From a virus (lineage: Duplodnaviria; Caudoviricetes): a stretch of 53,520 nucleotides of DNA. The stretch lies in IMG/VR virus record IMGVR_UViG_3300046011_008859, positions 1 to 53,520 of that record, one strand, 5' to 3'. The position numbers were made by a program, and so were the translations under genes. Position 1 is the stretch's first letter. Each line of letters opens with the position of its first letter. Below, in pieces: positions 27,811 to 36,709 of the stretch. The notes under the pieces were generated by a model that worked only from the letters and a program-made list of their open reading frames with translations, searched no databases and was not told where the DNA came from.

Positions 27811-28707
27811 TCAGACTTTGCTTTCCCCACCAGCCCCGATGTCGGCGGCAAGTCGGGTCAGCGCGTCTACGTTGAAGTTCCGGACGTCCTTGTCCACATC
27901 GCCCCGGTCCATGCCCTTCTTGAATTCGGGCGGTGCCACGGGCTTCTGCGACTTCAGGACTTCCAGCTCGCCATCTGTTTCCGGCGACCGGCCGAGGCCG
28001 TCAATGTCGCCGATGACCGTGCGATAGTTTCCTGCAACAGCCTTGGCTGCTTTCGCAGCCTCGTCAGCGACCCATTCCTCGCTGAACTGCCCGCCAGCCG
28101 AATCACGCCGGCTGTAGAGGTTCTTGAGGGTGGCCTCGCGGACCTGCTCCTGCAGAGCTCGCCAGGCACCCGCCGCATGCTCGCGGCCACGGGTCTTGTC
28201 GAGCGTTTCCAGCATCTTAACGATGTCGGGATTCTTGTCAATGCTTTCGATGACCCGGCGATCCATCTCCTCCTTCAGCATCCGCAGTCGAAGGCTCTGG
28301 GACTCTTTCATGGCCCTCTCGGCCTTGGACTCGGCCTCGCGGGTCGATTGCTTAATCATCCGTTCGATCTTCACGGTGTCGTCCTCGTCTCCCTCATCTG
28401 CTTCCTCAGCACCCTCGTTCTCGAGGTATTCCTTTGCGTACTGACGGGCCTCGTTATCGCTGAACCCGGCGCCACGCAGGACCTTGTACGCAGCCTCGGC
28501 GTCCGGGCTCTCACCACGCATCAGGCGGGTTGCGTTCTCCCGGAACTCCTCCAGCTGGCTAATCTTGGTCTGGGCATCCCTTGCCGCGTTCGCCTGCTTC
28601 AGCAGCTCTCCGACCGTGAGGACGGTTCCGTCCTCGAGCTCCAGCTCGGTGTCCATCTCCAGATCGTCCGACACGCCCTCGATGGGCTTCTGCTCTTCGT
28701 CAGCCAT
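27811..28707 (-). CDS. Capsid scaffolding protein
   Basis: Acidic, helical, LEDGTVLTVGELLK; between portal and capsid. Confidence 0.65.
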   Translation of the reverse strand: MADEEQKPIEGVSDDLEMDTELELEDGTVLTVGELLKQANAARDAQTKISQLEEFRENATRLMRGESPDAEAAYKVLRGAGFSDNEARQYAKEYLENEGAEEADEGDEDDTVKIERMIKQSTREAESKAERAMKESQSLRLRMLKEEMDRRVIESIDKNPDIVKMLETLDKTRGREHAAGAWRALQEQVREATLKNLYSRRDSAGGQFSEEWVADEAAKAAKAVAGNYRTVIGDIDGLGRSPETDGELEVLKSQKPVAPPEFKKGMDRGDVDKDVRNFNVDALTRLAADIGAGGESKV

Positions 28708-30703
28708 TTGCTACTCCTGGGGGTTGTGCCTGGGGACCGATCCGACCTGCGACCCCACCAGCCATCTGGGGGTTGACGATCGCTACGTCGTCGGGGTTCG
28801 GGACCATGGCGGGAAGGGACTGTCCCATGAACGAGATCAGGGACTCACGGTATGACTTGAACGCGTCCTGCACGGCAGGGCTCGCCAGCGTCATGATCGG
28901 GTTTGCCATGAACGCGCTGAGAACCCTCAGCTGCAGGTCAGGGCGACAGGTATGCGGGGTCAGCACGATCTGCTGGGTGTTCTCGCCATCACCGTACAGC
29001 AGCAGGGTGTTGCGGATCACGCTCTCGTAGGCGCTCTTCTCCTCGTCCATCCACAGGGCAAAGTCGAGGCCTTCCTTCATCGCGAACAGCTTTACGCCCT
29101 CAGGATCGGTCATTCCCGCCTGCAGCAGACTCATCGCCTCCTGCTTGCGAACGACCTCGCTCTTTGGCGCGGTGTCCTTGACAGTGAAGCTGATCTGGCT
29201 GAAGTTCGGGATCGGGTTCTTCTTGAAGCTGACCGTGCCGTCCTGCGGGTCGATCACCGCCCCGGCCAGGTCCAACGTCATCTTATTCACCGGGATTGCA
29301 CGCTGGCTCAGCAGCATCTCCCGACTCGCCTTCGCCACGAGGCTCTTGTACATGCCGCCGAACGCCGCCTGCACACCGCTGGTGGGGTTCGTCATCGCCT
29401 TGCTGATCTGCTCATCGAGGAACTGCAGGCCGCTTGCGCTGTCCACCCGGCCCTTCTCCGCAAGAAGGTCCTGCACCGGGCTCAGCCCGTCGCTGATCGC
29501 CTTCGCAAACTGAGCGACCTTTCCCGGCACGTCGCCGGCATTGTGCGGCTGGATGACCAGCGGCTTGAAGTCGTCGCCGATCAGCGCATCCTTGCTGTAG
29601 CTGACGTACCGCAGGCCCTTGCCGATGTCGCGCATCATCGCACGCTCGTTCATCGTGCCCTGCGGCATCACCAGCAGGCCGTACTTGTCGATGTCACGGA
29701 CGTTGTTGAACAGGCTCTTCAGCATCCGCTCCATCTCGCGGACGATGCCGAACATCAAGTCGAACAGCCCCGCTCCATGGAACGTGCCGTTGTCCATAAA
29801 CCGCGCAAAGCCGATCGGGCAGTACGTCTCGACGCCGGTCAGGTCACGGTCCTCGAGCACCACGTCCCCGCTCGACACGACGTAACGGCTGACAGTGCCG
29901 CGAGGCCCGTCCATCCACAGCTCACGGACCTTGACCACCTCCATCTCACGCCCGTCCGGAACCCCGTTTAGTGCGCCGGTGCTCGCGGAGTTCAGGATGT
30001 AGCCGTTGCCGGGGCTGTCCGCCGGCTCCTCCATGTCATGACCCCACTCCCAGCTCCACGCGTCCATCCGCTCCTTGTTCTTCTCGAGCGTGCCCTTGCT
30101 GAACCGCTCCTGCAGGAACGTCATGGGAACGACCCGCTGGCGGATCATCCCGCGTGCCTTCGTGTGGTCCATGCCCAGGCTCGGGAACGGCATCAGCTCC
30201 TTGGGGTGAATCACCTCCAGGTCGCTGGTCAGCCCGATGGTGGGGTGGTCAACCATGTGACCCGTTACGCCGCACGAACCCAGAAGCGCGAACAGGTAGT
30301 TGAACTCCCGCTTAACCTTTTCCAGCTGCTGGTCGCTCACGACCGCATCCGCCACCAGCTGCGCGACGCTCCGCTCCCGGATGCCCGCGAGGCTCATACC
30401 CTGCCGGAGAGCACGGGGACGCAGGTCCATGGTGTTGAGCCTAGCCGTGGTCTTGTCCACGATGGACAGGAGCTCCGTGCTCTGGAACTCCATGTTCCCG
30501 TCTTCGTCCAAGTAGTACGGGACCACACGTGCCGTGCGAGGATCGAATACGTCGAACCGTCGGAACCCGTTCAGGTAGTACCACGCCAGGATCCAAAGGG
30601 TCCGGCGGTACGTCAGCTTCGTCAGCTCTCGCTCGACGTGCTGGTCGATGATGCGACCAAGTAGGTTCTTGTCCTTCGGCAGCGTGTAAGCGTCACTCGC
30701 CAT
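28700..30703 (-). CDS. Portal protein
   Basis: 667 aa downstream of the terminase; GAGLFDLM..IVREMERM, GRVDSASG and Q/P-rich tail patterns of P22-like portals. Confidence 0.75.
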   Translation of the reverse strand: MASDAYTLPKDKNLLGRIIDQHVERELTKLTYRRTLWILAWYYLNGFRRFDVFDPRTARVVPYYLDEDGNMEFQSTELLSIVDKTTARLNTMDLRPRALRQGMSLAGIRERSVAQLVADAVVSDQQLEKVKREFNYLFALLGSCGVTGHMVDHPTIGLTSDLEVIHPKELMPFPSLGMDHTKARGMIRQRVVPMTFLQERFSKGTLEKNKERMDAWSWEWGHDMEEPADSPGNGYILNSASTGALNGVPDGREMEVVKVRELWMDGPRGTVSRYVVSSGDVVLEDRDLTGVETYCPIGFARFMDNGTFHGAGLFDLMFGIVREMERMLKSLFNNVRDIDKYGLLVMPQGTMNERAMMRDIGKGLRYVSYSKDALIGDDFKPLVIQPHNAGDVPGKVAQFAKAISDGLSPVQDLLAEKGRVDSASGLQFLDEQISKAMTNPTSGVQAAFGGMYKSLVAKASREMLLSQRAIPVNKMTLDLAGAVIDPQDGTVSFKKNPIPNFSQISFTVKDTAPKSEVVRKQEAMSLLQAGMTDPEGVKLFAMKEGLDFALWMDEEKSAYESVIRNTLLLYGDGENTQQIVLTPHTCRPDLQLRVLSAFMANPIMTLASPAVQDAFKSYRESLISFMGQSLPAMVPNPDDVAIVNPQMAGGVAGRIGPQAQPPGVANG

Positions 30704-30947
30704 TTGTCTTTCGCTTCCTCAGGGACTTCCATCCGGGCGGCATTTCCTCGAACAGCTCCACGCCCTTCAGGTTGAAGGTGGTGGAAGGCGTCGGATCGGG
30801 GCTGGGCAGCTTCTGGTTGGCGGGGCTTGCCTCCATCCGATCAGACACCTCTTGCCCATAGTAAGACTGGGCAAGCATCTGGAAGTATACGAACGGAATC
30901 GTGACGTAAAGGGGATTAGACCCGCGTTCCTCGTTTGCCATTGTCAT
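30693..30947 (-). CDS. Hypothetical protein
   Basis: 84-aa ORF overlapping the terminase end and the portal start. Confidence 0.55.
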   Translation of the reverse strand: MTMANEERGSNPLYVTIPFVYFQMLAQSYYGQEVSDRMEASPANQKLPSPDPTPSTTFNLKGVELFEEMPPGWKSLRKRKTNGE

Positions 30948-32859
30948 TCTCCTGGATGCCGCCCATCAAGGCATTGATGGGCATTGAGTTGAAATCCATT
31001 GCTTCCACGGCAGGGATCCCACCAGCCAAGGGATCCCTGATGCTTCCGTCCTCGATCATCTGGGCAAAGTCGAGGGCAGTGGACTGGCCGGGGACGATCT
31101 GTCGATCCAGCCGTCCCCGGACCACGAACATGCTCATCGCAACCGTGTCAATGAAGTCGTCGTGCTGGAGTCCGCCGCTGTCCGCGTCCGGGTTGAACTG
31201 CTCGATCTGGTCAAACAGCATCCGCCATGGTAGGACCCCACGACGCCAGACCGGAAACTTGATGAGCCCGTGCTCGAATCGGTAGTGCAGGGCGTTGATC
31301 TTCGAGGTCTTGTCAAGGGTGCCTACCCTCAACGGAATGATCCGGGGGGGTGTCTCACCCGTCACTTCCGATGCCTTCTGCCGGACCATCGACTCCATTG
31401 CGGAGTACAGGCCAAACGACTGTCGAACCACCTCCGGATGGATCGATGGGCACCCCCACCTGCCGGCCATCGCGAATGACTTCTCGATGAGAAGCTGTTC
31501 CCGGCACTGTCCTCCCCAGGTGTCCAGAACGAACAAGCAGGCATCCACGGGGTCATAACCCATCAGGGTGCAGACCTTGTAGTCGCTGTCGCTCGTGTTC
31601 GTGTAGCTGGTGTCCACGGTAATGAACATGCGCACCCGGTTCTTCAAGAACTCAGGAAGCAACATCTTTTCTTCAAGCCCGTTCTTACCGTGCCAGCAGA
31701 TCGTCGACCCGCTCCGCTTTGGGTCGGCGTCGAACTCCGGGTCCGGATTCTCCAGCCACCACCCATGCTTGGCCTGAGTGACCTCGCCGAAGTGCAGGTC
31801 CTCGGCCTCGCCTGGCTGGGCCAGGTACTCAGCCATGTAGTTGTGGCTTCCGATCATCTCACGGATTTCGTCAAGGCTGACCAGACCCTTCAGCTTCGGG
31901 TCCTCATCCTTCGCCTTACGGTCCAGCGGCCACATGCCAGGCCAGCAGCTCTTGCGGACTCCATTCTCCTCGTACTCGGCCTTGAGTATCAGGCGGGCCC
32001 ACTGGTCGAAACGAGAATCCTTTGCCACTAGGCCGGTGGGGCTTGGCATGGTTTCCATCGCGTGCCATGCGTAGTGACGACGGCTCACGAACGTGGCAAG
32101 CCAACGGACGCTCGTGTCACGTCGTGTCACCATGGGCATCACGACCTTGAACAGAAGGCGTTCCATGTACGAACGGAGCACGCTCATGCTGGTCGAGGCC
32201 TTGGGGTCATACTCCGGATCGTCCAGCGCGTACACGCGCGGGCGTCCGCCACGCTGTCGGCTCTCAGCGCTCATTGCACGGAACCAGCTTCCGTTGTTCA
32301 GGTACATCATCTCCACGCCGAACGAACGCTCGCCACGCTTCGGAGTCAGTCGGCCGTCGGGGAACTCGGGACCCCAGTCGTCAATCAGGCGCTGGTTCGA
32401 CAGGAACTGAGTCTTCAGGATCTGGGACGTCTGCTCTGCGTTGTCGATGCTGCTCGTGGCGTAGATGAAGGAGTAAGCCGGGCGGCTAACCATCTGAAGG
32501 AGTGCCGACTTGCGGAAGCAATTGCTCTTGGCAAAGCCACGCGGGGCAATCGCGACGCTGCGGGGTGCGAGCGCCCACAGGCGGTAGATGGCGAAGTGCC
32601 CCAGCGGCGACTCGATCGGGTCATCGTCGTAGAAGTAGGGATTGAACTCCTCTTCCCAATCCGGGTAGAGGTAGTAGCGGTCGAAGAAGTTGATGGCTGC
32701 AGCGAGCGCCTGGGCCCGGTCGTTCGGGTCGCCGCCGAGTTGCCACTGCTTGCACGCGTTCACGCGCGCGAGTCTCTGTCCCTCGGGCGTCAGCTCGAGG
32801 TAGTCGGCGGGAAGTGGGTAGAAGTCATTCCCCCCACGCTCGATCCGTACGACGCTCAA
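30916..32859 (-). CDS. terL: Terminase large subunit
   Basis: Walker A APRGFAKS, RGGRP..YALDDPE Walker B, nuclease motifs ITVDTS, SDSDY and QHDDFIDT. Confidence 0.9.
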   Translation of the reverse strand: MSVVRIERGGNDFYPLPADYLELTPEGQRLARVNACKQWQLGGDPNDRAQALAAAINFFDRYYLYPDWEEEFNPYFYDDDPIESPLGHFAIYRLWALAPRSVAIAPRGFAKSNCFRKSALLQMVSRPAYSFIYATSSIDNAEQTSQILKTQFLSNQRLIDDWGPEFPDGRLTPKRGERSFGVEMMYLNNGSWFRAMSAESRQRGGRPRVYALDDPEYDPKASTSMSVLRSYMERLLFKVVMPMVTRRDTSVRWLATFVSRRHYAWHAMETMPSPTGLVAKDSRFDQWARLILKAEYEENGVRKSCWPGMWPLDRKAKDEDPKLKGLVSLDEIREMIGSHNYMAEYLAQPGEAEDLHFGEVTQAKHGWWLENPDPEFDADPKRSGSTICWHGKNGLEEKMLLPEFLKNRVRMFITVDTSYTNTSDSDYKVCTLMGYDPVDACLFVLDTWGGQCREQLLIEKSFAMAGRWGCPSIHPEVVRQSFGLYSAMESMVRQKASEVTGETPPRIIPLRVGTLDKTSKINALHYRFEHGLIKFPVWRRGVLPWRMLFDQIEQFNPDADSGGLQHDDFIDTVAMSMFVVRGRLDRQIVPGQSTALDFAQMIEDGSIRDPLAGGIPAVEAMDFNSMPINALMGGIQENDNGKRGTRV

Positions 32860-33206
32860 CGCCCCACCAGCCCCACGGCAGCGATGCGCAGGAACGCAAC
32901 GGCCATGAGGTTGTGGTCCTGCACGAAGCGTTCAAGGTCGTCACCGATCTTCAGCCACTTCTCGCCTTCGTAGACCTGGCTCCGGAAGAGCTCTCCAAGC
33001 TGGTCGGGTTCCATCTTCCGGAACACGCTCGGCTCGAGGACCCCAAGCTGCGGGAGGATCGACGCGCCTAGACGGTAGCAGTCAAGGGGCGGAAGGCTCT
33101 TGATCCGCTCGAACGCCGCTTTCTGGAGCGGGGTGGGCTGCTTGGGCGGAGTCGCGGGCGGGAAGGAACTGGGCTGCGAAGGGGAGGCTGTCTGGGACTT
33201 TGACAT
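32856..33206 (-). CDS. Hypothetical protein
   Basis: MSKSQTAS... ORF whose stop overlaps the terL start. Confidence 0.55.
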   Translation of the reverse strand: MSKSQTASPSQPSSFPPATPPKQPTPLQKAAFERIKSLPPLDCYRLGASILPQLGVLEPSVFRKMEPDQLGELFRSQVYEGEKWLKIGDDLERFVQDHNLMAVAFLRIAAVGLVGR

Positions 33207-33528
33207 GGTTCGTTGTTTCTCGCAGGGACTGGACGAGTTTCGCCGACGCGCTGATCTTAACGACCCGGTCGCCTTCCTGGTGCGTGATCTCCGCGTTCTG
33301 GCTCTGGATGATGCCGTTGATCTCGGCCGTCTCCCGCACCACGCCACGGAGCTGCTTCATCGCAGCCATCGCAACCTTGGGGTCGGAGTCCCTGCTGAAC
33401 TCGACCAGCCGCTCGACTTCCTCCCGTACCTCCCAGTTGCTCGACCGCAGCGCAAGGGCAACGCCGTCAAGCCCGAAGTAGGCGCGGATCGTGTCCTCGC
33501 CGGGAACCGCTCGGTCTACCTGCTTCAA
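33082..33528 (-). CDS. Hypothetical protein (terminase small subunit candidate)
   Basis: Helical 148 aa with DSDPKVAMAAMKQL, upstream of terL. Confidence 0.45.
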   Translation of the reverse strand: MKQVDRAVPGEDTIRAYFGLDGVALALRSSNWEVREEVERLVEFSRDSDPKVAMAAMKQLRGVVRETAEINGIIQSQNAEITHQEGDRVVKISASAKLVQSLRETTNHVKVPDSLPFAAQFLPARDSAQAAHPAPESGVRADQEPSAP

Positions 33529-34769
33529 TCAAGGCCTCCGGCAAGCGCAGACGGATCCCACTCCATCCGCATCTTCTCCAGTGCCTTCCGGCCACGGCGG
33601 GTCTGGACCGTCTTCTCGAGATCACGCCAGCGGGACAGGGTTGCCTTCATTTGGCGGCCGGACGAGATGCGCGCACGCTCGGCCTTCCGCTTCTGGATGG
33701 GACCCAGCTTCTGGGTCTTGATCGCTTCCTTGCCGGCCGGGAGGTTCGATCCGTAGTCCTCGAGGAACCGCTGGTAGTGGGGGTACATCTTCGCGATGGC
33801 CAGGCGGTCGTACGCATCTTCCGGGAGGTCCGCGTACTTGGCGCGTGCCTTCCCCACCAGCTTCTCGAACCGCTTCCGCTCCGGACGGGTCATGCCCTCC
33901 CGGAGCGAGAAGAACATCTGCTTCTCCTCGGCGACGAGTCGGCGGTCGGACACCATCTGCTTGCGCGGGGCCACGTCCCTCGGGATCGCCATGCTCACGT
34001 CCGAACGCTCGCCGGACTTGGGCGCGTAGAAACCTGAATCAGCGTACGAACGCCAGGCGGTCAGCGCGCCCTTGCCGGATTCCTTGATCTTCATGCGGGG
34101 CATGGATCCCCGGAACACAACATCTCCGGCTTCTTCTGCCTTCTTGACCCGACCGACGTCCTTCTCGAGCTCCTTGAGCACGTCCTTCTTGCGGATGTCG
34201 GCAGGCGAGCGACCGCTCCTCATGCGCGAGCGAAGGGCGGCCATGACGTACTTCTTGCCTTCGGGCATCGCGAAGAACTCGGAGATCGGTCGCTGCAGCT
34301 CCGGCATGATCGAGGACTCGAAGAACTCGCCGCGTGCCGTGAGTCGCTGCTTCGTCCTTGCGGACTTCAACTGGGCCTTGCTCTCCGGATCGGTTGCGCC
34401 TTCCTTGAAGTAGCGCTCGTCCAGAGGCTTGGTTCCCGTGGACACCATCGTGCCCTGGGAAACGCCCTCGATGCGGTCCTGCGCGTAGGTCACGAGGGTC
34501 GGCATGAGCTTCGCCGCCTGCGGGCGGACCTTGCCCTGCTTGACGGCGGCATCAACCGCAGACTGGATGTTCTTTGCCTTCGACTTCTTGCCCAGAATCC
34601 CCATCACCGCAGCAAGCTCTTGGCCGGTGGGGACCAGGTCCGCCAGCTTCATGCGGGGCTGCATCTCTTCCGCAACCGCTGACATCGAAGGCTGGCTCCT
34701 CGACAGGGCAGGCAATGCCTGGCGTCCCTGCACGAGCGTCAGCTTCCTGATTGGGTTCTTTCTTGCCAT
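33525..34769 (-). CDS. Basic (K/R-rich) hypothetical protein
   Basis: 414-aa ORF with host-like codon pattern. Confidence 0.65.
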   Translation of the reverse strand: MARKNPIRKLTLVQGRQALPALSRSQPSMSAVAEEMQPRMKLADLVPTGQELAAVMGILGKKSKAKNIQSAVDAAVKQGKVRPQAAKLMPTLVTYAQDRIEGVSQGTMVSTGTKPLDERYFKEGATDPESKAQLKSARTKQRLTARGEFFESSIMPELQRPISEFFAMPEGKKYVMAALRSRMRSGRSPADIRKKDVLKELEKDVGRVKKAEEAGDVVFRGSMPRMKIKESGKGALTAWRSYADSGFYAPKSGERSDVSMAIPRDVAPRKQMVSDRRLVAEEKQMFFSLREGMTRPERKRFEKLVGKARAKYADLPEDAYDRLAIAKMYPHYQRFLEDYGSNLPAGKEAIKTQKLGPIQKRKAERARISSGRQMKATLSRWRDLEKTVQTRRGRKALEKMRMEWDPSALAGGLD

Positions 34770-35235
34770 TGGTCTGCTCGGCTGCCGGGATCATTGTAAG
34801 CACGAAACGCGTGAGTTCAGCGGCGGCCGACCGGATTGCTGCACGCTCGGTAGGAGGAGAGTGAAGCCCCACCATCCGGCGGGAGTCGAGGATCGAACGG
34901 ACGACCAGCTTCCAGTTGCGCTGGATCTCGTCAGGCTCCACGCGATTGCGGAAGTGTCGGCGGTTCTTCTTGTCCTTCTGGTAGGAGTTGGGCCCGTGGA
35001 AGTCCTTGTTCCCGGGCATGGACAGGTGCTTCATGCACACCTGGAAGACAGAGGGGTCCACGAATGCCGTGCGGCCCAGCACGATGGTGGGGCAGCAGAT
35101 GGAGCGGCACAGCGCCCGGAACGCACGGGTGGTGTCGATCCCGAAGGGGGTCAGTTCGCGGATGTAGTACGCCTCGCTCATGAGACGGACCCCGCGACCG
35201 AACGAGATGACTTGCTGATCCTTGTCAGTTACCAA
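34552..35235 (-). CDS. Hypothetical protein
   Basis: Fills the gap 34770-35228; start uncertain (TTG 35235 or ATG 35181); 3' end overlaps the next gene by 218 nt. Confidence 0.55.
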   Translation of the reverse strand: MVTDKDQQVISFGRGVRLMSEAYYIRELTPFGIDTTRAFRALCRSICCPTIVLGRTAFVDPSVFQVCMKHLSMPGNKDFHGPNSYQKDKKNRRHFRNRVEPDEIQRNWKLVVRSILDSRRMVGLHSPPTERAAIRSAAAELTRFVLTMIPAAEQTNGKKEPNQEADARAGTPGIACPVEEPAFDVSGCGRDAAPHEAGGPGPHRPRACCGDGDSGQEVEGKEHPVCG

Positions 35236-36680
35236 TACTTGCCGGGGAAGTAGTACATGCTTCGCGGATCGCTGAAGCTTTCGGGCATCTGGGACCGGAG
35301 CCACTCCATGAATCCTCCCTGCAACGAGGGGTTCTGCTGGAATCGGCGAGAGAGATCCTGCTGCGTCCGGCCCAGGGATTCGTTGAGGGAGTTCGGGAGA
35401 TTGAAGAGCTGGGAACCAGCGGCATCAAGCGCACGCGACAGGTCGGAGTTGTTCAGGTAGTCGATTCCGCGACCTGCGGCTCCGATTGCAGAACCAACTC
35501 CTTCATCCATCCGGCGGAAGGTGTCCATCGCTCCCGGTCGGGATGCCTGTTCCTGGAAGGATCGGCCAAGCGATTCGTTCAGGGCGGAAGGAAGATTGGC
35601 AACCGATCGACCTGCGGCTCCAAGAGCATTAGCAAGATCCGAGTTCGCTGCGGCACTCGCAGCGCTGGAGGCTGCGTCGTAGATCGCTCCGGGGGCAGCT
35701 TCGATTGCCCGACCGCCCTTGATGAGCGCGCTGTCGATTGCTCGACCGGCGCGGTTTGCGAGGTAGTCAGCACCTTCCCCAAGTGCACGTGTGAATCCGA
35801 TGGGATCACGTTGCCCATCCGGGAAGATGTAGTTGGAGAATCCGGTTCGGAATGACCAGTTCGGATCCTGGAAGATCTCGGACATCTTCCTGAATCCTTC
35901 TTGCTGCGTCTCGTATGCACGCTTTGCCCGGTTCTGGGCAGAGGTGGCTGCGGTATCCAAGTCAGAGATTTCTCGTCGGCGTTGCTCGTCGGCTTGGCGG
36001 TATCCGGCCTGCGTGTCTCGAATGCCCTGCTGCGCTGCCTCGCCTTCGGTGCGGATTCGAGCCTTTTCTGCCTCGGTTCTCTGGGCATTGCCGAGCTGGA
36101 AACCCCCCACCAGCGAACCGAAGTCCTGAACGCTCATGGTGGGAGCTGCTGCGTTCAGCTCTTCCAGGGTCATGTTCATACCCCGCTGGCGAAGTTCTTC
36201 CGCACGCTTCTGTTCGGTTGTGCGATTTGCCTGCGTGCGGGCCTCGATGTCCCGGAAGTCCTGCTCGTTCTTTAAGCGCATCCTCTCCGAAGGCGTCATC
36301 TCACGAGAAGGAGTTTGAGTCTTTGAGGAGGCCTCTGCAATCGGAGTCCCAACAGGAGCTGATTCATGCAGACGCTCCACCGCATACATTGGTCCTACGG
36401 TGTTCTTCTCTGGAATTACTCTGGTAGCAGGGACGGAAACCTTGCGACGACGTTGTTCATCGAGTCGGCGCATGGCCGGGGTGACGGAGACTTGGGTTCC
36501 GTCCGGCAGGGTTTCGACTCGGGTGCCAGCGGGAGCGGAGGAGCGGACGCGACGCCGGCGGTTGCGCGGATCGACGCCGCCACGGTTCATGTCGCGGGAG
36601 TGTCGCGGCTTGGAGTACGGAGTGAGAGAACCGCCGTAATTCTGGCTGGGGGCGTTGACGTTTTGAGATCGGTTCGCCAT
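35229..36680 (-). CDS. Hypothetical protein with an internal repeat; first gene of the leftward operon
   Basis: 483 aa; two NSDL..AL.AAG....NLP..LNESLGR units. Confidence 0.65.
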   Translation of the reverse strand: MANRSQNVNAPSQNYGGSLTPYSKPRHSRDMNRGGVDPRNRRRRVRSSAPAGTRVETLPDGTQVSVTPAMRRLDEQRRRKVSVPATRVIPEKNTVGPMYAVERLHESAPVGTPIAEASSKTQTPSREMTPSERMRLKNEQDFRDIEARTQANRTTEQKRAEELRQRGMNMTLEELNAAAPTMSVQDFGSLVGGFQLGNAQRTEAEKARIRTEGEAAQQGIRDTQAGYRQADEQRRREISDLDTAATSAQNRAKRAYETQQEGFRKMSEIFQDPNWSFRTGFSNYIFPDGQRDPIGFTRALGEGADYLANRAGRAIDSALIKGGRAIEAAPGAIYDAASSAASAAANSDLANALGAAGRSVANLPSALNESLGRSFQEQASRPGAMDTFRRMDEGVGSAIGAAGRGIDYLNNSDLSRALDAAGSQLFNLPNSLNESLGRTQQDLSRRFQQNPSLQGGFMEWLRSQMPESFSDPRSMYYFPGKYW

Positions 36681-36709
36681 AATGGTTCGCTCAGAGAGAG
36701 GAGACAGAC

